DNA of 64,000 bases, taken from positions 38,998,001 through 39,062,000 of the forward strand of contig NC_043000.1 of NCBI RefSeq assembly GCF_006345805.1, read 5' to 3'. Both the position numbers and the translations under genes were made by a program. Shown in pieces: positions 1 to 12,590 of this stretch; positions within the stretch are counted from its first letter, which is position 1, and the number at the start of each line of letters is the position of its first letter. This stretch comes from Octopus sinensis. Taxonomy: Eukaryota. A model generated the notes under the pieces. It made no database searches, was not told the DNA's origin, and saw nothing but the letters and a program-made list of their open reading frames with translations.

Positions 1-50
1 TTCGGGCATTGTACCTAGAGTAGAAAAGAATAATTCATAAATGAAGACCA

Positions 51-250
51 AAATACTTAGCGGTATTTCGTCTGCCGTTACATTCTGAGTTCAAACTCCG
101 CCGATGTCGACTTTTCCTTTCATCCTTTCCGGGTCGATGTAATCTCTTACGCACAGGAACGATGTAAACGACTTAATCCCTTTCTCTGTCCTTGTTTGTC
201 CACTCTATGTTTACCCCCCCCCCTTCCCCCGTGGGCAATAAAGAAATAAA
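51..250 (+). mobile_element. SINE family A (tRNA-like head, gtcgactttgcctttcatcctttcggggtcga body, LINE-like tail)
   Basis: B box gagttcaaactcc, the conserved body, and the tail ...gtgggcaataaagaaata. Confidence 0.75.
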
Positions 251-339
251 TATTTCATAAATGACTAGATTGTAGGACTAGATACCTAGAGGTTGGGCGA
301 TCAAATCCTATCACCAGTAGTATAACTGTATTTACGGTA

Positions 340-545
340 AATATTTTGATTTCAAATTTTCAAAGGGCAGCAAATTTTATGGGGGTGAATAAGTCGATAA
401 CATCGACCCCGATGTCCTACTGGGGCATATTTTATCGACCCCCAAAGGATGAAAGCAAAGACGACCACGGCAGAATTTGTATTCAGAATGTAACGACGAA
501 CGAAATGCCGCTAAGCATTTCGTCCGGCATACTAACGGTTCTAAC
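340..545 (-). mobile_element. SINE family A, diverged
   Basis: Reverse complement of the A-family head and body (ttatcgacccccaaaggatgaaagcaaagacgacc). Confidence 0.7.
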
Positions 546-1214
546 AAAGTTTAAACTGAGATTTCCCGACGTAGATGTTGAAATATCTGTCAATATGATG
601 ATTATCTTCATTATAAATATATCGATTTTGCTTGCTTTCAATTTTGATTTTATTTTGTTTTATATATTCTTGCTTTTCGTTTATCGTTGTCATCTTTGAG
701 CAGACAGGCGTACAGGCAGACAGACAGTCACAACAATAACGTGTTTTTTTTTTTTTTCTTTTTCAACAACGATGAAAAGGAAGACACAACAACAACTCGA
801 GACAGAAAAAAAATCTACATTTGAGAAAATACGTCGACAACGATTCAAAAGATGTATTGTTTTCAGTGGAAAACCACCGCTATCATCCGTTTACCCGTGT
901 TGTTGCTGTTGTCGTTGTTGTTGATATCGTTCTTCGGGTTGTTGTTGTTGTTGCTGTTGTTGCTGTCTTCGTCGTCGTCGTCGTCGTCGTCGTCGTCTTC
1001 GCCGCCATCTTTTCTGTTATTGTCGAGCTTGTTATCTTCATTGTTGTTGTCACCGACGTTGTTATTCTTGCTATTGTTGGTGTAACTGGGAAAGAAATAC
1101 GATGGTACTGAAGACAAAATAAACATCTGAAGGAATTACTAGTTGGAAATTCAATAATTTATTACCAATAGCCAATCGATAAATATTATTGATGTCACTA
1201 GATGTTTTCAGTCA

Positions 1215-1570
1215 CTATGTATGTATGTATGTATGTGTATGTATGTGTGTATGTATGTATGTATTTATGTACGTATGTATGTATGTATGTATGTGTATGT
1301 ATGTGTGTATGTACGTATGTATGTATGTATGTATGTATGTACGTATGTATGTATGTATGTATGTATGTATGTATGTATGTGTCTATGTATGTATGTATTA
1401 TGTATGTATTTATGTATGTATGCATTTACTTATGTCTATGTATGTGTGTATGTACTTATGTATGTATGTATGTATGTACGTATGTATGTATGTACGTATG
1501 TATGTATGTATGTACGTATGTATGTATGTATGTATTTATGTGTATGTATATGTGTATGTACGTACGTATG

Positions 1571-1604
<34 letters not shown>

Positions 1605-1660
1605 TGTATGAATATATGTATTTATGTATGTATGCATGTATTTATGTATTTATTTGTGTG
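1215..1660. repeat. (TATG)n microsatellite with (TG)/(TACG) variants
   Basis: Direct reading. Confidence 0.95.
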
Positions 1661-1799
1661 TGTTGTGTGTATTGACTTCGTATCTGCGTTATTTATCAGC
1701 GGCGCCGATTTCTCTCTGTCATGCGAAAACACCGAGAACGGGACTATCTCTGTTGAGGTTTATCTTAAATATACATGAGGCAAAAAATATTGCATGTTA

Positions 1800-2440
1800 T
1801 AGGAGAGAGAGGGGGGAAGGAGAAGAGAGAGTTACTGGGGTGGGTACGGACAGACAGACCGACAGTCAGACAAATAGACGGGTAGGCATAGAGATAGAGA
1901 GTTAGAGATAGATAGGCAGAGAGAGACAGGCAGGCAAAGAGACAGACAAACCGACAGTCAAGGAGATTGGGCGGAGAGAAAAAGAAAGGGGGAGAGAAGG
2001 AGAAAGAGAGTGAAGGAGAAAGAAAGAGAGGGTGAAGGAAAGAGAGAGATAGTGAAAGAAAGAAGGAGTGAGCGAAGGAGAGAGAGAGAGAGAGAGAGAG
2101 AGTAAGGGAAAGAAAGAGTAAGGGAGTGAAGAGGCAAGCAGAAAGACTGACAGACCAACAAACAGGCAGACAGATAGATGTGTAGGCATAGAGATAGAGA
2201 GAGACAGGCAGAGAGAGACAAACCGACAGTCATGGAGATTGGGCAGAGAGAGAAAGAAAGGGGGAGAGAAACAGAAAGAGAGAGAGTGAGAGCGAAAGAG
2301 AAAGGAAGAGAGAATGTAGGAAAGAGAGATAGTGAAAGAGAAAGAAGGAGAGAGTAAAGGAAGGAGAGAGGAAGAGAGTGAAGAGGCAAGCAGACAGACT
2401 GACAGACCGACAGACAAACAGACAGACAGACAGACAGAGT
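1800..2440. repeat. Purine-rich compound minisatellite, ~245-bp unit x about 2.5
   Basis: gtaggcatagagatagagag recurs at about 1882 and 2182; gtgaagaggcaagcag recurs at about 2127 and 2379. Confidence 0.75.
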
Positions 2441-2787
2441 TACTACAAGACTTATCGTTTGTTTGGCAATGGAAGCCAATTGCTAGCAACGTATATTTAG
2501 CTGTTCTTATTTGGCGCATGCTTATCGTTTCAGAAATAACGATTCTCGACCTCGGTAACATCTATCACATCAATTTAAACAATGTTTCTTGTCATTCATT
2601 TGGGAGAGAAAAATGGAAATGAAAATAAAGAATATTTGAGATAAAGGAAAAAAATGTTTTTTTTTTATAGATTGTCTTTGGTTAAAAGTTTCCAGATCGG
2701 AAGTGTTGAGATGCAAAGTAGAGATGAAGAAAGGTAAAGTAGACAGGAACAAATGTGAAACTAAGCATTCACAGACAGATATTTCAT

Positions 2788-2831
<44 letters not shown>

Positions 2832-3052
2832 AAGAGAAAGACAGAGAGAAAGAGAGAGAGACAGAGAGACAGACAGAAAGACAGATAGGCAGTCAGACAC
2901 ACGAAAAATATGTGTGTGATAAATGTATACAATGATCATTTATGTTACCTTGTGTGTGTGTGTGTAATACACACACACATATATAATATAAATGATATAT
3001 GTATATATATATACGTATATGTGCATATTTACATCTATACGTGTAATATATA

Positions 3053-3103
<51 letters not shown>

Positions 3104-3104
3104 T

Positions 3105-3425
3105 ATGTGGGCACTGGACGTCACAAAACGTGTACAACAAAAAGGTACGAAGCAAGAGTACATGGAACATGAACTATTCTTTCGAACAACGAAAGACACA
3201 AATGGAATACAAAACAAAAAACATAAAGAACGACGCTTCAGCAGTTGTTGGCTATTTTTCTAGTCTCGTATTTCGAGCATTTAACAACAATATACGCTTT
3301 CGATAAAACATTTGCTCCCGCAAAGCAATTTAAATAAAATTTGAGATTTTTGCGGAGGGTCAAAATAGGTAACACAAAAAGGACAGTGAAAACAAACAGG
3401 TAGGACTGCTAAGCCTAAACGAGAA
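3105..3425 (+). repeat. Unclassified interspersed repeat family (also 20765-20980 +, 40860-41100 -)
   Basis: Shared blocks aaataaaatttgagatttttgcggaggg..aaa..ggtaac..aaa.aggacagt and tttcgagcatt.aacaacaatat. Confidence 0.55.
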
Positions 3426-3570
3426 TATATATATATATATATATGCATACGTATGCATATATTATATATTAGATATGCGCATATATGTGTGTGTATGTTG
3501 TGTGCACGCTCGCATGTGTTCGTGTGTGTATGATTATAATACAGAAAGACAAACAGACAATCAGACAGAC

Positions 3571-3611
<41 letters not shown>

Positions 3612-3619
3612 TATAGATT

Positions 3620-3729
<110 letters not shown>

Positions 3730-4214
3730 TTAGTCCTTTGTTTTTAAGTCCGAAGACAAGCACACTAAAACACAATTTCTTTGAACAAAAATGTTTTAGG
3801 TTACGGCCGGTCAGAAAGTGACCATTGGTTTTGGGATTGGCGTCTCTTATTGCTCTTAGTAATAATAGACACTCACCCGGCGCGTTGGTGAGAGGCACAT
3901 AACCTTCTTTACTAATAGAGGTAAGAGTAAAGATCTTGGTAAGCAAGGTCCTAACAAGAGGAAAAAGAAATTGGAACGAAATTCTTCGAAACGAATTGAT
4001 GGAATTGTCTCCCTCTGAACGGTTCCAGTTGTGTCCGAAAGGGGGCACTTTATGTATGATTACCAGAGTATTCTATACATCGAACACGAATTTTCTCCCA
4101 TGAAAGTGGTGGTGGTGGTGGTGATGGTGGTGGCGGTGCTGCTGCTGTTGTTGGTATTGCTGCCCCTTGTAAATGGTAGTCACGTTATTCAAAACATTGC
4201 TCTCACTTTTTTTC

Positions 4215-4450
4215 CAGAATTGATGACAGTAAAGAAATACTATGAGAAGTTAACGAAGAATATTTCATAGAGACCTTCCTTCCGGATTTAAAACCACAGA
4301 CACTAACTACCGATAACACGCATAGTTGCAAAAATGATAATATCACGGAAAAGCAAGCTTAGTTTAAACCATGAGTTGTGAAGAGTCAATCACGGGCGAA
4401 AGCGCTTCAATACCTTCCTATCAGCAATCGGGTCTGTGTTATTCAATAAT
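4215..4450 (+). mobile_element. Penelope-like relic: possible GIY-YIG C-terminus followed by a hammerhead motif
   Basis: NEEYFIETFLPDLK resembles the end of PLE GIY-YIG domains. A near-complete hammerhead lies at 4375-4411. Confidence 0.5.
4375..4411 (+). ncRNA. Minimal type-I hammerhead ribozyme relic (C3 missing)
   Basis: GUUG-[C]UGAAGA-GUC/aaucacg/GGC-GAAA-GCGC-UU-CAAU. All three helices pair, and helix III is the palindrome AGCGCU. Confidence 0.5.
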
Positions 4451-4658
4451 TTGAAAATATTTTTGTAGAAGATTTTAACTAATTTTTTAATGGGTTTTCA
4501 TCAATTTCAGTATATATACGTGTCGTCTGCTTCATCTATACATCGTGGAACTTGGACTATATCAGAATAGTACACTTAATTATATTTTACGCCTTGTAAT
4601 GTGTGTTCTATGTCGTTTTCTCTATAAACAGTATGCATGTAAATGCACAAACACACGC

Positions 4659-4729
<71 letters not shown>

Positions 4730-4730
<1 letters not shown>

Positions 4731-5491
4731 CTTTCTTTATTGGCCACACAAGGCTGAACACAGAGGGGGAAAATACAAATGTAGAGCTTTCCTTTTCGAA
4801 AATGAAAAAGAAAGAGGGGAAAAAATGTAAAATTTCGATCAAAATGGATCGGGAAAAAAAGGCGATCAATAGGGATCGTGTATCACAGAAGAATTTTAAA
4901 AATGTAAAAACCAAGATGAGGTTTATCCGACAGGTAGATTGATAGATAGATAGATAGATAGATAGATATGTTTCTTTATTAGCCACACAGGGCTGCACAC
5001 AGATAGAACAAATTACAAGGTAGAGCTTTTCTTTTGAAGGTTTAAAAAAAATAAAAAATAAAAAAATAAAAAAAATAAAAAAATAAGAAAAAAAATAAAA
5101 TAAAATAAAAATAAAATAAAAAAGGGGGGGTCGATCAAAAGGGATCGTAAAAGGAGAGAAAGAGGACAAAAAAAAAGGGGGGGTTAAAAAAAAAGGGGGA
5201 GAGGAAAAAAATTGATCAATAGGGATCGTTATCACAGAAATGTCAATATGAAGTGTAAAGGGGGGGACAGGTGAGGTTTACCCGTGGAAAGAAAAGCCTA
5301 CGGAAAAGACCACGGCAACCTCGGTCAATGAAGTCACATGTTATATTTCTTTTTTTTTTTTTTTTTTTGCAAATAAGCAACTCTCTAGATAGATAGATAG
5401 ATATGTTTCTTTATTAGCCACACAGGGCTGCACACAGATAGAACAAATTACAAGGTAGAGCTTTTCTTTTGAAGGTTTAAAAAAAAAAAAA

Positions 5492-5531
<40 letters not shown>

Positions 5532-7636
5532 TAAAATAAAAAATTAAATAAAATAAAAAAGGGGGGGGTCGATCAAAAGGGATCGTAAAAGGAGAGAAGG
5601 AGGACAAAAAAAGGGGGGGGTTAAAAAAAAAGGGGGAGAGGAAAAAAAATTGATCAATAGGGATCGTTATCACAGAAATGTCAATATGAAGTGTAAAGGG
5701 GAGGACAGGTGAGGTTTACCCGTGGAAAGAAAAGCCTACGGAAAAGACCACGGTAACCTCGGTCAATGAAGTCACATGTTATATTTCTTTTTTTTTTTTG
5801 CAAATAAGCAACTCTCTGTATTATTTTTACGGTTCATAGAATCATAGTCAAGGTGGCTTCGTCATTCATACGTGCCATCCTTGCTACATTCACCCATCTT
5901 TTTTTAAAACATTCACTAGACAAAACTTGCCTCTCTACTCTCACTTTTTTCTTCAAGTGATACTTGAAGAAGTTGATGAGAGATTGACCAGAGAGAAAGG
6001 TGTGTTGTCTCTAATCCTTTCAGACGCGTCCACCAGATACATTCTTTCGCCATAGCCACAAGTATGATAAAAATAAGCTCTTCCTTCCCGTTTGAAGGAA
6101 GGAGGCGTGACGATATTAACGATAGACTCGGCGGATAAACCGACACGTCCCACACGTGACAGCAGTCGTTCGACATAAGCCCACAGGTGGGAAATTGCTG
6201 GACACTGCACGATTGCGTGCAGAGCGGTTTCGTCGCTCTGCCCGCATCTCGGGCAGGTCGGCCCCGTGTTTCTTGAGCCATGCCTATAGAGCTTATCCCG
6301 AACGGGTAGCGCTTCTCGGTAGCACCGCCAGGCCAGGGATCTCTGGAAGTTGTCCATAGGTCCCGGGCCGAAATTCGTTTGAAACAGGCGGGTCAGGTAT
6401 TCCTCGTCGACGCCCAGGTTTGCCCCGAGCTCGTCGTCGTACCTCCCCTCCACTAATCCCCTATAGAATGCTTTGGTTGTGTTGAAGTCACTCAAGGTCG
6501 ACCCGGGACGGCAGAGTTGCTTGAGAGCAACGCGACACTCGCGGTGCCATTCGCCCTTCTTCCGCTCTTTTTGATCCACGACTGTAGTTCGGTCATGGAG
6601 ACGAGTTGCGGGAATGCGTGCCTCACAAACGGCGACCACACTGTTCACCGTCGTCTACATAGAGCCGGAGATGTCGCAGTCTCAGCGCATGTCTGCGCAT
6701 CATCAACCACGGCATGCCCAGCCCTCCTTTTAACGGGTGTTGACAGCAAATGGATCGCCTGACCATCGGGACGCATCCTTTCCACAAGAAGCGGAAGAGG
6801 ATGCGTTCTAGTTTGGTGATGGTAGGGTCGGGACAAGGTACGACGGTCAGGCGGTAGTAGATGATGGACGCGATGTACGCGTTCACCACCTCCGCCCGAC
6901 CTTTTAGGGACAGTTTCCTCTCGGCCCATTGCTGGGCTAGAGTGACCACCTACTCGTTATCTCGTTCCAGTTCTTCTCCATTTGGAGGTCCGGACCGAAC
7001 CAGACCCCGAGCAACTCAACCGGGCCGTCTGTCCAGCGTCCCACGACGGAGGTACTGGTGGACGGCATGGTTTGCTTCTCCAGGTGCCGAGCCGCAAGCC
7101 CACTGACTTTTCCCGGTTGATTTTTGCTCCTGTCACCGCTTCGTAGTCTTTCAGTGTCTCGCCGACCCGCTCGATGTGCTCGTGGCTTGACACTATGACG
7201 GTGACATCGTCCGCGTATGCAGACACGCTCGTCCCGCATCCTAATTCTCGCGGGATGCCCTCAGAGTCGCCAGCTTCCGCAGTAGTGGCTCAAGAGTCAA
7301 TACGTATAGAAGCGCCGAGAGGGGGCATCCCTGACGGACCGAACGTGCAATGTCGAAGGGTCTCGATAGATGTCCATTTACGCGAATTACCGAACGGATG
7401 CCTCTGTACAAGGCAGCTATCCAGCCGCGGCGGAAGACGGGACCGAAACCAGCCGCTCTCAGGACTGCCTCCAAGTATCGATGGTCTACCCTATCAAAGG
7501 CTTTCGATTGATCAAGTTGATCAGGGCCCCACCCATGCCAGGTTCGTTAACTACCCTGTCTATGATGTAGCGCATCAGATGGAGGTTGTCATGGATGCTC
7601 CGGCCCGGCACGGCGCACGTTTGTGCGTTGTCGACC
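4730..7636 (-). mobile_element. 5'-truncated Tx1-like (L1 clade) non-LTR retrotransposon: RT, C-terminal zinc finger, and stacked 3' UTR copies
   Basis: Minus-strand frames give RT motifs (HDNLHLMRYIID, LDQSKAFDRVDHRYLEAVL, SVRQGCPLSALLYVLTLEP, SAYADDVTVIVS) and CPRCGQSDETALHAIVQCP. The 3' UTR ends AATAAAGAAA followed by (TATC)n. Both ends abut (GATA)n. Confidence 0.9.
5834..7630 (-). pseudogene. Frameshifted ORF2 (reverse transcriptase plus CCHC finger) of the Tx1-like LINE
   Basis: Homology is split over ORF-track frames 7241-7474, 6957-7226, 6623-6949, 5953-6648 and 5916-6281. The last frame I can follow reads RVERQVLSSECFKKRWVNVARMARMNDEATLTMIL, stopping at 5834-5836. Confidence 0.85.
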
Positions 7637-7685
<49 letters not shown>

Positions 7686-7829
7686 TTCTTTTATTAATGA
7701 AACTAAATCTCGAGTCGCGAGATGTATGTTCTCAGTTTCACATTCTAAAAGACCATATGCTCTGCAACATACATTCAGCACTCTTCTTTCACTCTTTCAA
7801 CATGAACCATTGAAGCGATGTGTATACGC

Positions 7830-8163
7830 GCGTGTGTGTGTGTGTGTGTGTGGTGTGTGTGTGTGTGTGTGTGTGCGAATGTGTGTGTGTGTGTGTGCAT
7901 ACATGTGTATACGTGTATACATCATTCGCACGTTTTCCGTTATAAAGATATGTGTATATACTTACACACATAGACGCGTACACACGCAAACGCAGATATA
8001 CATATATATACATATATACACACATGCTCATGCAGATACATATACACATATATACATATAAATATACGTATATATATGCATTTATAAAAGCATACACATA
8101 CAGATACACACACGTACACGCATACAAGTACACCCATACACATATACATACATACACACACAG

Positions 8164-8194
<31 letters not shown>

Positions 8195-8460
8195 AATATA
8201 TATACGTATATATACACACACGCACATACACACAAACGTACAAACAGACGCACGCACATATACATATGTATACGTATATACAGAAACATATACATACATG
8301 CATATACAGATACACACACATATACAAATATATATATATACGTATATATATAATATATATATATGTACATATATACATACATGCGCATACAGATACACAT
8401 ACACACACGTACACACACACACACACACACACACACTGACACACACACACACGTGCGCGC
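7830..8460. repeat. Compound (TG)n/(CA)n/(TA)n microsatellite field
   Basis: Direct reading. Confidence 0.9.
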
Positions 8461-8529
8461 GTACTGTTGACCCCAAATAAACGCAATGCGTATTTTTTCT
8501 GTATATAAGAACTATTCACTGACCTGCAG

Positions 8530-8800
8530 GTTTTAATTGGCTGTACATTACATGTTTGAATTTGCAGGGGAGTGACCAATACCTTTTCCCCTTCTCTGTA
8601 GAACCTTTCATGTAGCTTGTGCTTTCCTTATCAGCGCCTGGCAAAGGAATCACCATGGAGGCCAAAAACATTACAGATAAACTGCCATCTTGAATTATTT
8701 CTGTTAGCAACCGAATTCTGTTGGTGACTCTACCAATAGCTTCAGTTCTTATCAATATCTTTGTAGTGTTAGTGTCACATTCTGAAAGGTATCGACTATA
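8530..8800 (+). pseudogene. Decayed RTE-X-like APE endonuclease fragment
   Basis: Broken frames give FLISAWQRNHHGG and IISVSNRILLVTL..INIFVV, resembling the RTE-X endonuclease SAWRN...GGVG and ISERILIA..TIIVVY regions. Stops are present. Confidence 0.45.
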
Positions 8801-10299
8801 GCAGTTAGGAACTTGCTGAGTAATAAAAGAACAGAACTAAAAGCCTTTTTACCATGTAGTCAGAAGACTTCGGCTGCATGTATATATGTACATGTATATA
8901 TTGTATAAATATAAATTTATAGCCTGAATGTAGAAGCTATGTATGTATGTATGCATGTATGTCGGTTTGTCAGCGACTCCCCACTATGCTTTCCTGGTAA
9001 GGAAGGTTGCTACAGACCCATCTGGAATAAAAACAAGACGTGTCAAAAAGGGTGAATGAACCTAGGGTAGGTTCAACGATGATCTAGCAATATCACAAGA
9101 CCTTAGTAATTCTGGTCTGGTTTCAGGTGTGTTGGATACCAGCAGTGAGATATCTCCCAGCTTTTGTTAAAGCATATCTCTAGGAGGAGGCCTGTTTCAT
9201 ATAAAACCAGATATGTAGGAAATGGCATTAGACTTGTGGGGATCTTGTGTTTGTGCTTGAGGTCATGATGGTCCCATTTCCCTGAGTATTGCGACACTTA
9301 TTGACATTGGATATCTTGCACTGACTTCTCTCTGGATCATATGACGTGTGGCATAGGCCTTATTGGGCCTAAAATTTTACATTGTGCCATCGCCGGTGAG
9401 GAGACTTTTCTATGACTGGTCGATTAGGAGAGCACCGCGGTGGTTTGTTATATATATTTCTAATACAAGATGAATGGAACATATGAATTATTTTCTAATT
9501 AAAACCAGCCATCATGAGAATTTCGTTATAGTAAGGGGACATAGTTGATTCAAATAATATTATTAGAATATATGTAAATAGATTTCATTAGGTTTCAGAA
9601 CGTTCAGAAATGGGTAGAAAATTCCAGAAAACAGCACTCGTAAAATAGTTAAGATAAAAATTTGCCATCTTTTAGGTCAGTTTCAAGTTTAATACGAAGC
9701 CTTAATTCTTTCAAGTAGAGAAAACCTTTTCTAATCTTATCAGTGGTTTTATGTGCCGAGGTTGGTGACGGATAAAAGGTCGTTGTTTCTTCTGTCTGAT
9801 ATGACACTACCACCTTTCTTGTCATAATTTCCTTTCTTTTTAATAAACCTTTTCTTCTCTTCACAACGGAAGCAACGACGTCCTTTTATTTATCTCTCTT
9901 GTTTTGGTTTTGAGATCGGAAGGTTATACACATCCCTCAGTGCATATTTGCGTTTTACATACATCGTCTACGCCGAAAGACCATTTTGCAAAAATTAACT
10001 CCTTGATATTTTCATTTCATAACACATCTATCAAAAATTTATCTTTTACATGTGATATTCTATATTTATTTCATATTACCCTATTCGTTTCGTTTCATGC
10101 TTTTCCCGTTCTTTGAACAAATTATCGTTTTGGTCGAAAGATTTCTAATATTCTCAGAGTTTCTTTTACTGAGGTACTTCTTATCCTTTTTTTTTGTTTG
10201 TTTTTTTATCAGCTACGAACATTTCATACTAATTTTTTATGTCTTTGTCCGTGTCCATAAATCTATATCTCGACAGCTAAAATATACTTCTTTTTCAGC

Positions 10300-10512
10300 T
10301 CTACAACAAGAAGTAATTTCTACTCTTCTCCTCTGGAAGCCATCTACTCGCAATACCAGAGGGCGCACACTCTCCTACCCTGATGTAATCTCCAGGGATA
10401 CAGGCATCCAGCAACAGGACCTCTGTAATGCCATGATGGACCGTGAAGTCTGGCGTAGCATGGTAAATTCCATTGTCTCGACCACGGTCGAACAATGATG
10501 ATGATGATGAAA
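10300..10512 (+). mobile_element. RTE-X-like LINE 3' end with (TGA)n tail
   Basis: LLWKPSTRNTRGRTLSYPDVISRDTGIQQQDLCNAMMDREVWRSMV, then a stop followed directly by (tga)n. Confidence 0.75.
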
Positions 10513-10927
10513 ATATACTACATGTGACATTGCAGTCAACAACAATATATTAAGTGCTGAAATTGTGATGACTGCCAGTTGACAACTGATGTAGGGATTA
10601 TATTTGTGCATCTACACTTGTGCGAACTTTCCATGTAAATTTCTTTGTTGTTACTTCATCTATTTCACGCGTATTCACACATGGACACATATACATATAC
10701 ACTCACAAAGAGGCAAACACATACAAACATGCATACATAGTTGGAATTTACAGAAAAACGAAAGACGAAGACGGGTGTATTAGTTTGACGCTTGGGAAGG
10801 TGAAAGAGTCTCTTACGTTTCAATCTTACGCTCTTCAACAGAAGGCAACACGACGAAATAAACAGAAAGAGAATAAGAAAAAAAACTTGTGGAGTTAGCG
10901 GTCAACACATAGGCAAGCCTAAAGGCT

Positions 10928-11012
<85 letters not shown>

Positions 11013-11200
11013 GCATGTTCGCAAATAAATGTAAAAGATGAATAAGGAGAACCGAAAGTCCTTAATAAAAGCATCAAAATTGAACTTAGTCGTTTCTTTT
11101 TAAGCCATGTTCGATAGAGATGTTATTCTCTCTTTCTCTCTATGTATATATATATATATATATATTTGTTTAATTATTTACATTTGCATGCATATATATG

Positions 11201-11265
<65 letters not shown>

Positions 11266-12040
11266 TTATACATACATACATACGTACATACATACATATA
11301 TTCATACACGCATACACTCACGCACACACTCGCAAATACATAATGATTTACGAATTGATGTTTTGACAAATGAGAATATATTTTGTAATATATCCTACAT
11401 AAATAATAATTTTTTACAATCTCTTGCAGGTTTATATATCATACGTCTTCTGAACAGAGGTCTGGTTACTTGAAATATATTATAAAAATACCCTTCTGCA
11501 CCACACCTCCACGTCATACCCCTTTTCATTTTATACAACACTTCGCATTTATCTCTTCATTTGTTTATTTTCGAATCGGTATTGTATAGTCGCGTCTGAT
11601 ATGGAAGTTTTCTTTCTTCACGATTATCATGCTTGGCTGGATGCATCAGGGTTACACCTATTCGTAATGTATCCATCTTTATATGAACCTGTAAAACACA
11701 CAAATACATCCGCGTATATACATCAGTGTTTCTCGATAAAAATAACATAAAGGAGCTAGACAACCACTCGAGCTATCTATAAAAATATAATAAAAATCAT
11801 TCTCCTATGAATAATAATACTAAAAGAAAAAATACCCCCCAAAATCAACTATAATAAGATGATGGTGGGGGTTGATGGTGATGGTGGTGAGGCTGGGGGC
11901 AGTGGTGGTGGTGGTGGTGGTGATGGTGATGGTGATGATGATGACAGCAACAAATCAACAACGACAATAATAACAACAGCAAGAAGAACAACAAAACCAA
12001 TAACAATAATAACGATAATAATAATAATAATAATAATAAT

Positions 12041-12071
<31 letters not shown>

Positions 12072-12261
12072 CAACAACAATAATAATAATAACAACAACA
12101 ACAATAGCATTAGTAGTTGAATCAAACAAAGAGTGAAGACATTTATGGTGGTGTTTAAAACTGATCATAACTCAATTCTATAAATATAAGGATAACCTCT
12201 CTCTCTCTTCCTCTCTCTCCCTCTCTATCTCTCTCTCACTTTCTCTCCCTTTCTCTCTCTT

Positions 12262-12300
<39 letters not shown>

Positions 12301-12538
12301 TCTGTGTGAGTAAAAGTGGCCTGAAATCAAAATATCTTTTGATGCTTCTTTTGGGATTCGATAATTATGCACTCGACTGAGCAATGCTTAGATGTGATGT
12401 TGCGAAGACCGACCATTTCCTGCCGTTGTCTTTCTTCCCAGTCTCTTTACATTTATTTAATCAATAGCCATATTTTAATCATTTCATTTTCTTATAACCA
12501 CATCCACTCTTTGCTGATGTTGCATTCGTTGCTTCACT

Positions 12539-12590
<52 letters not shown>

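Noticed and set aside
3235-3310. Possible decayed hammerhead in the unclassified repeat family (also about 40985-41040)
   Set aside because: A helix II-like agcgt/atgct and GAAA are present, but the CUGANGA box cannot be recovered from the copies in this window.
8583-8781. 199-nt open minus-strand segment bounded by AG/GT (candidate exon)
   Set aside because: The opposite strand matches decayed RTE-X endonuclease motifs, which explains the sequence better.
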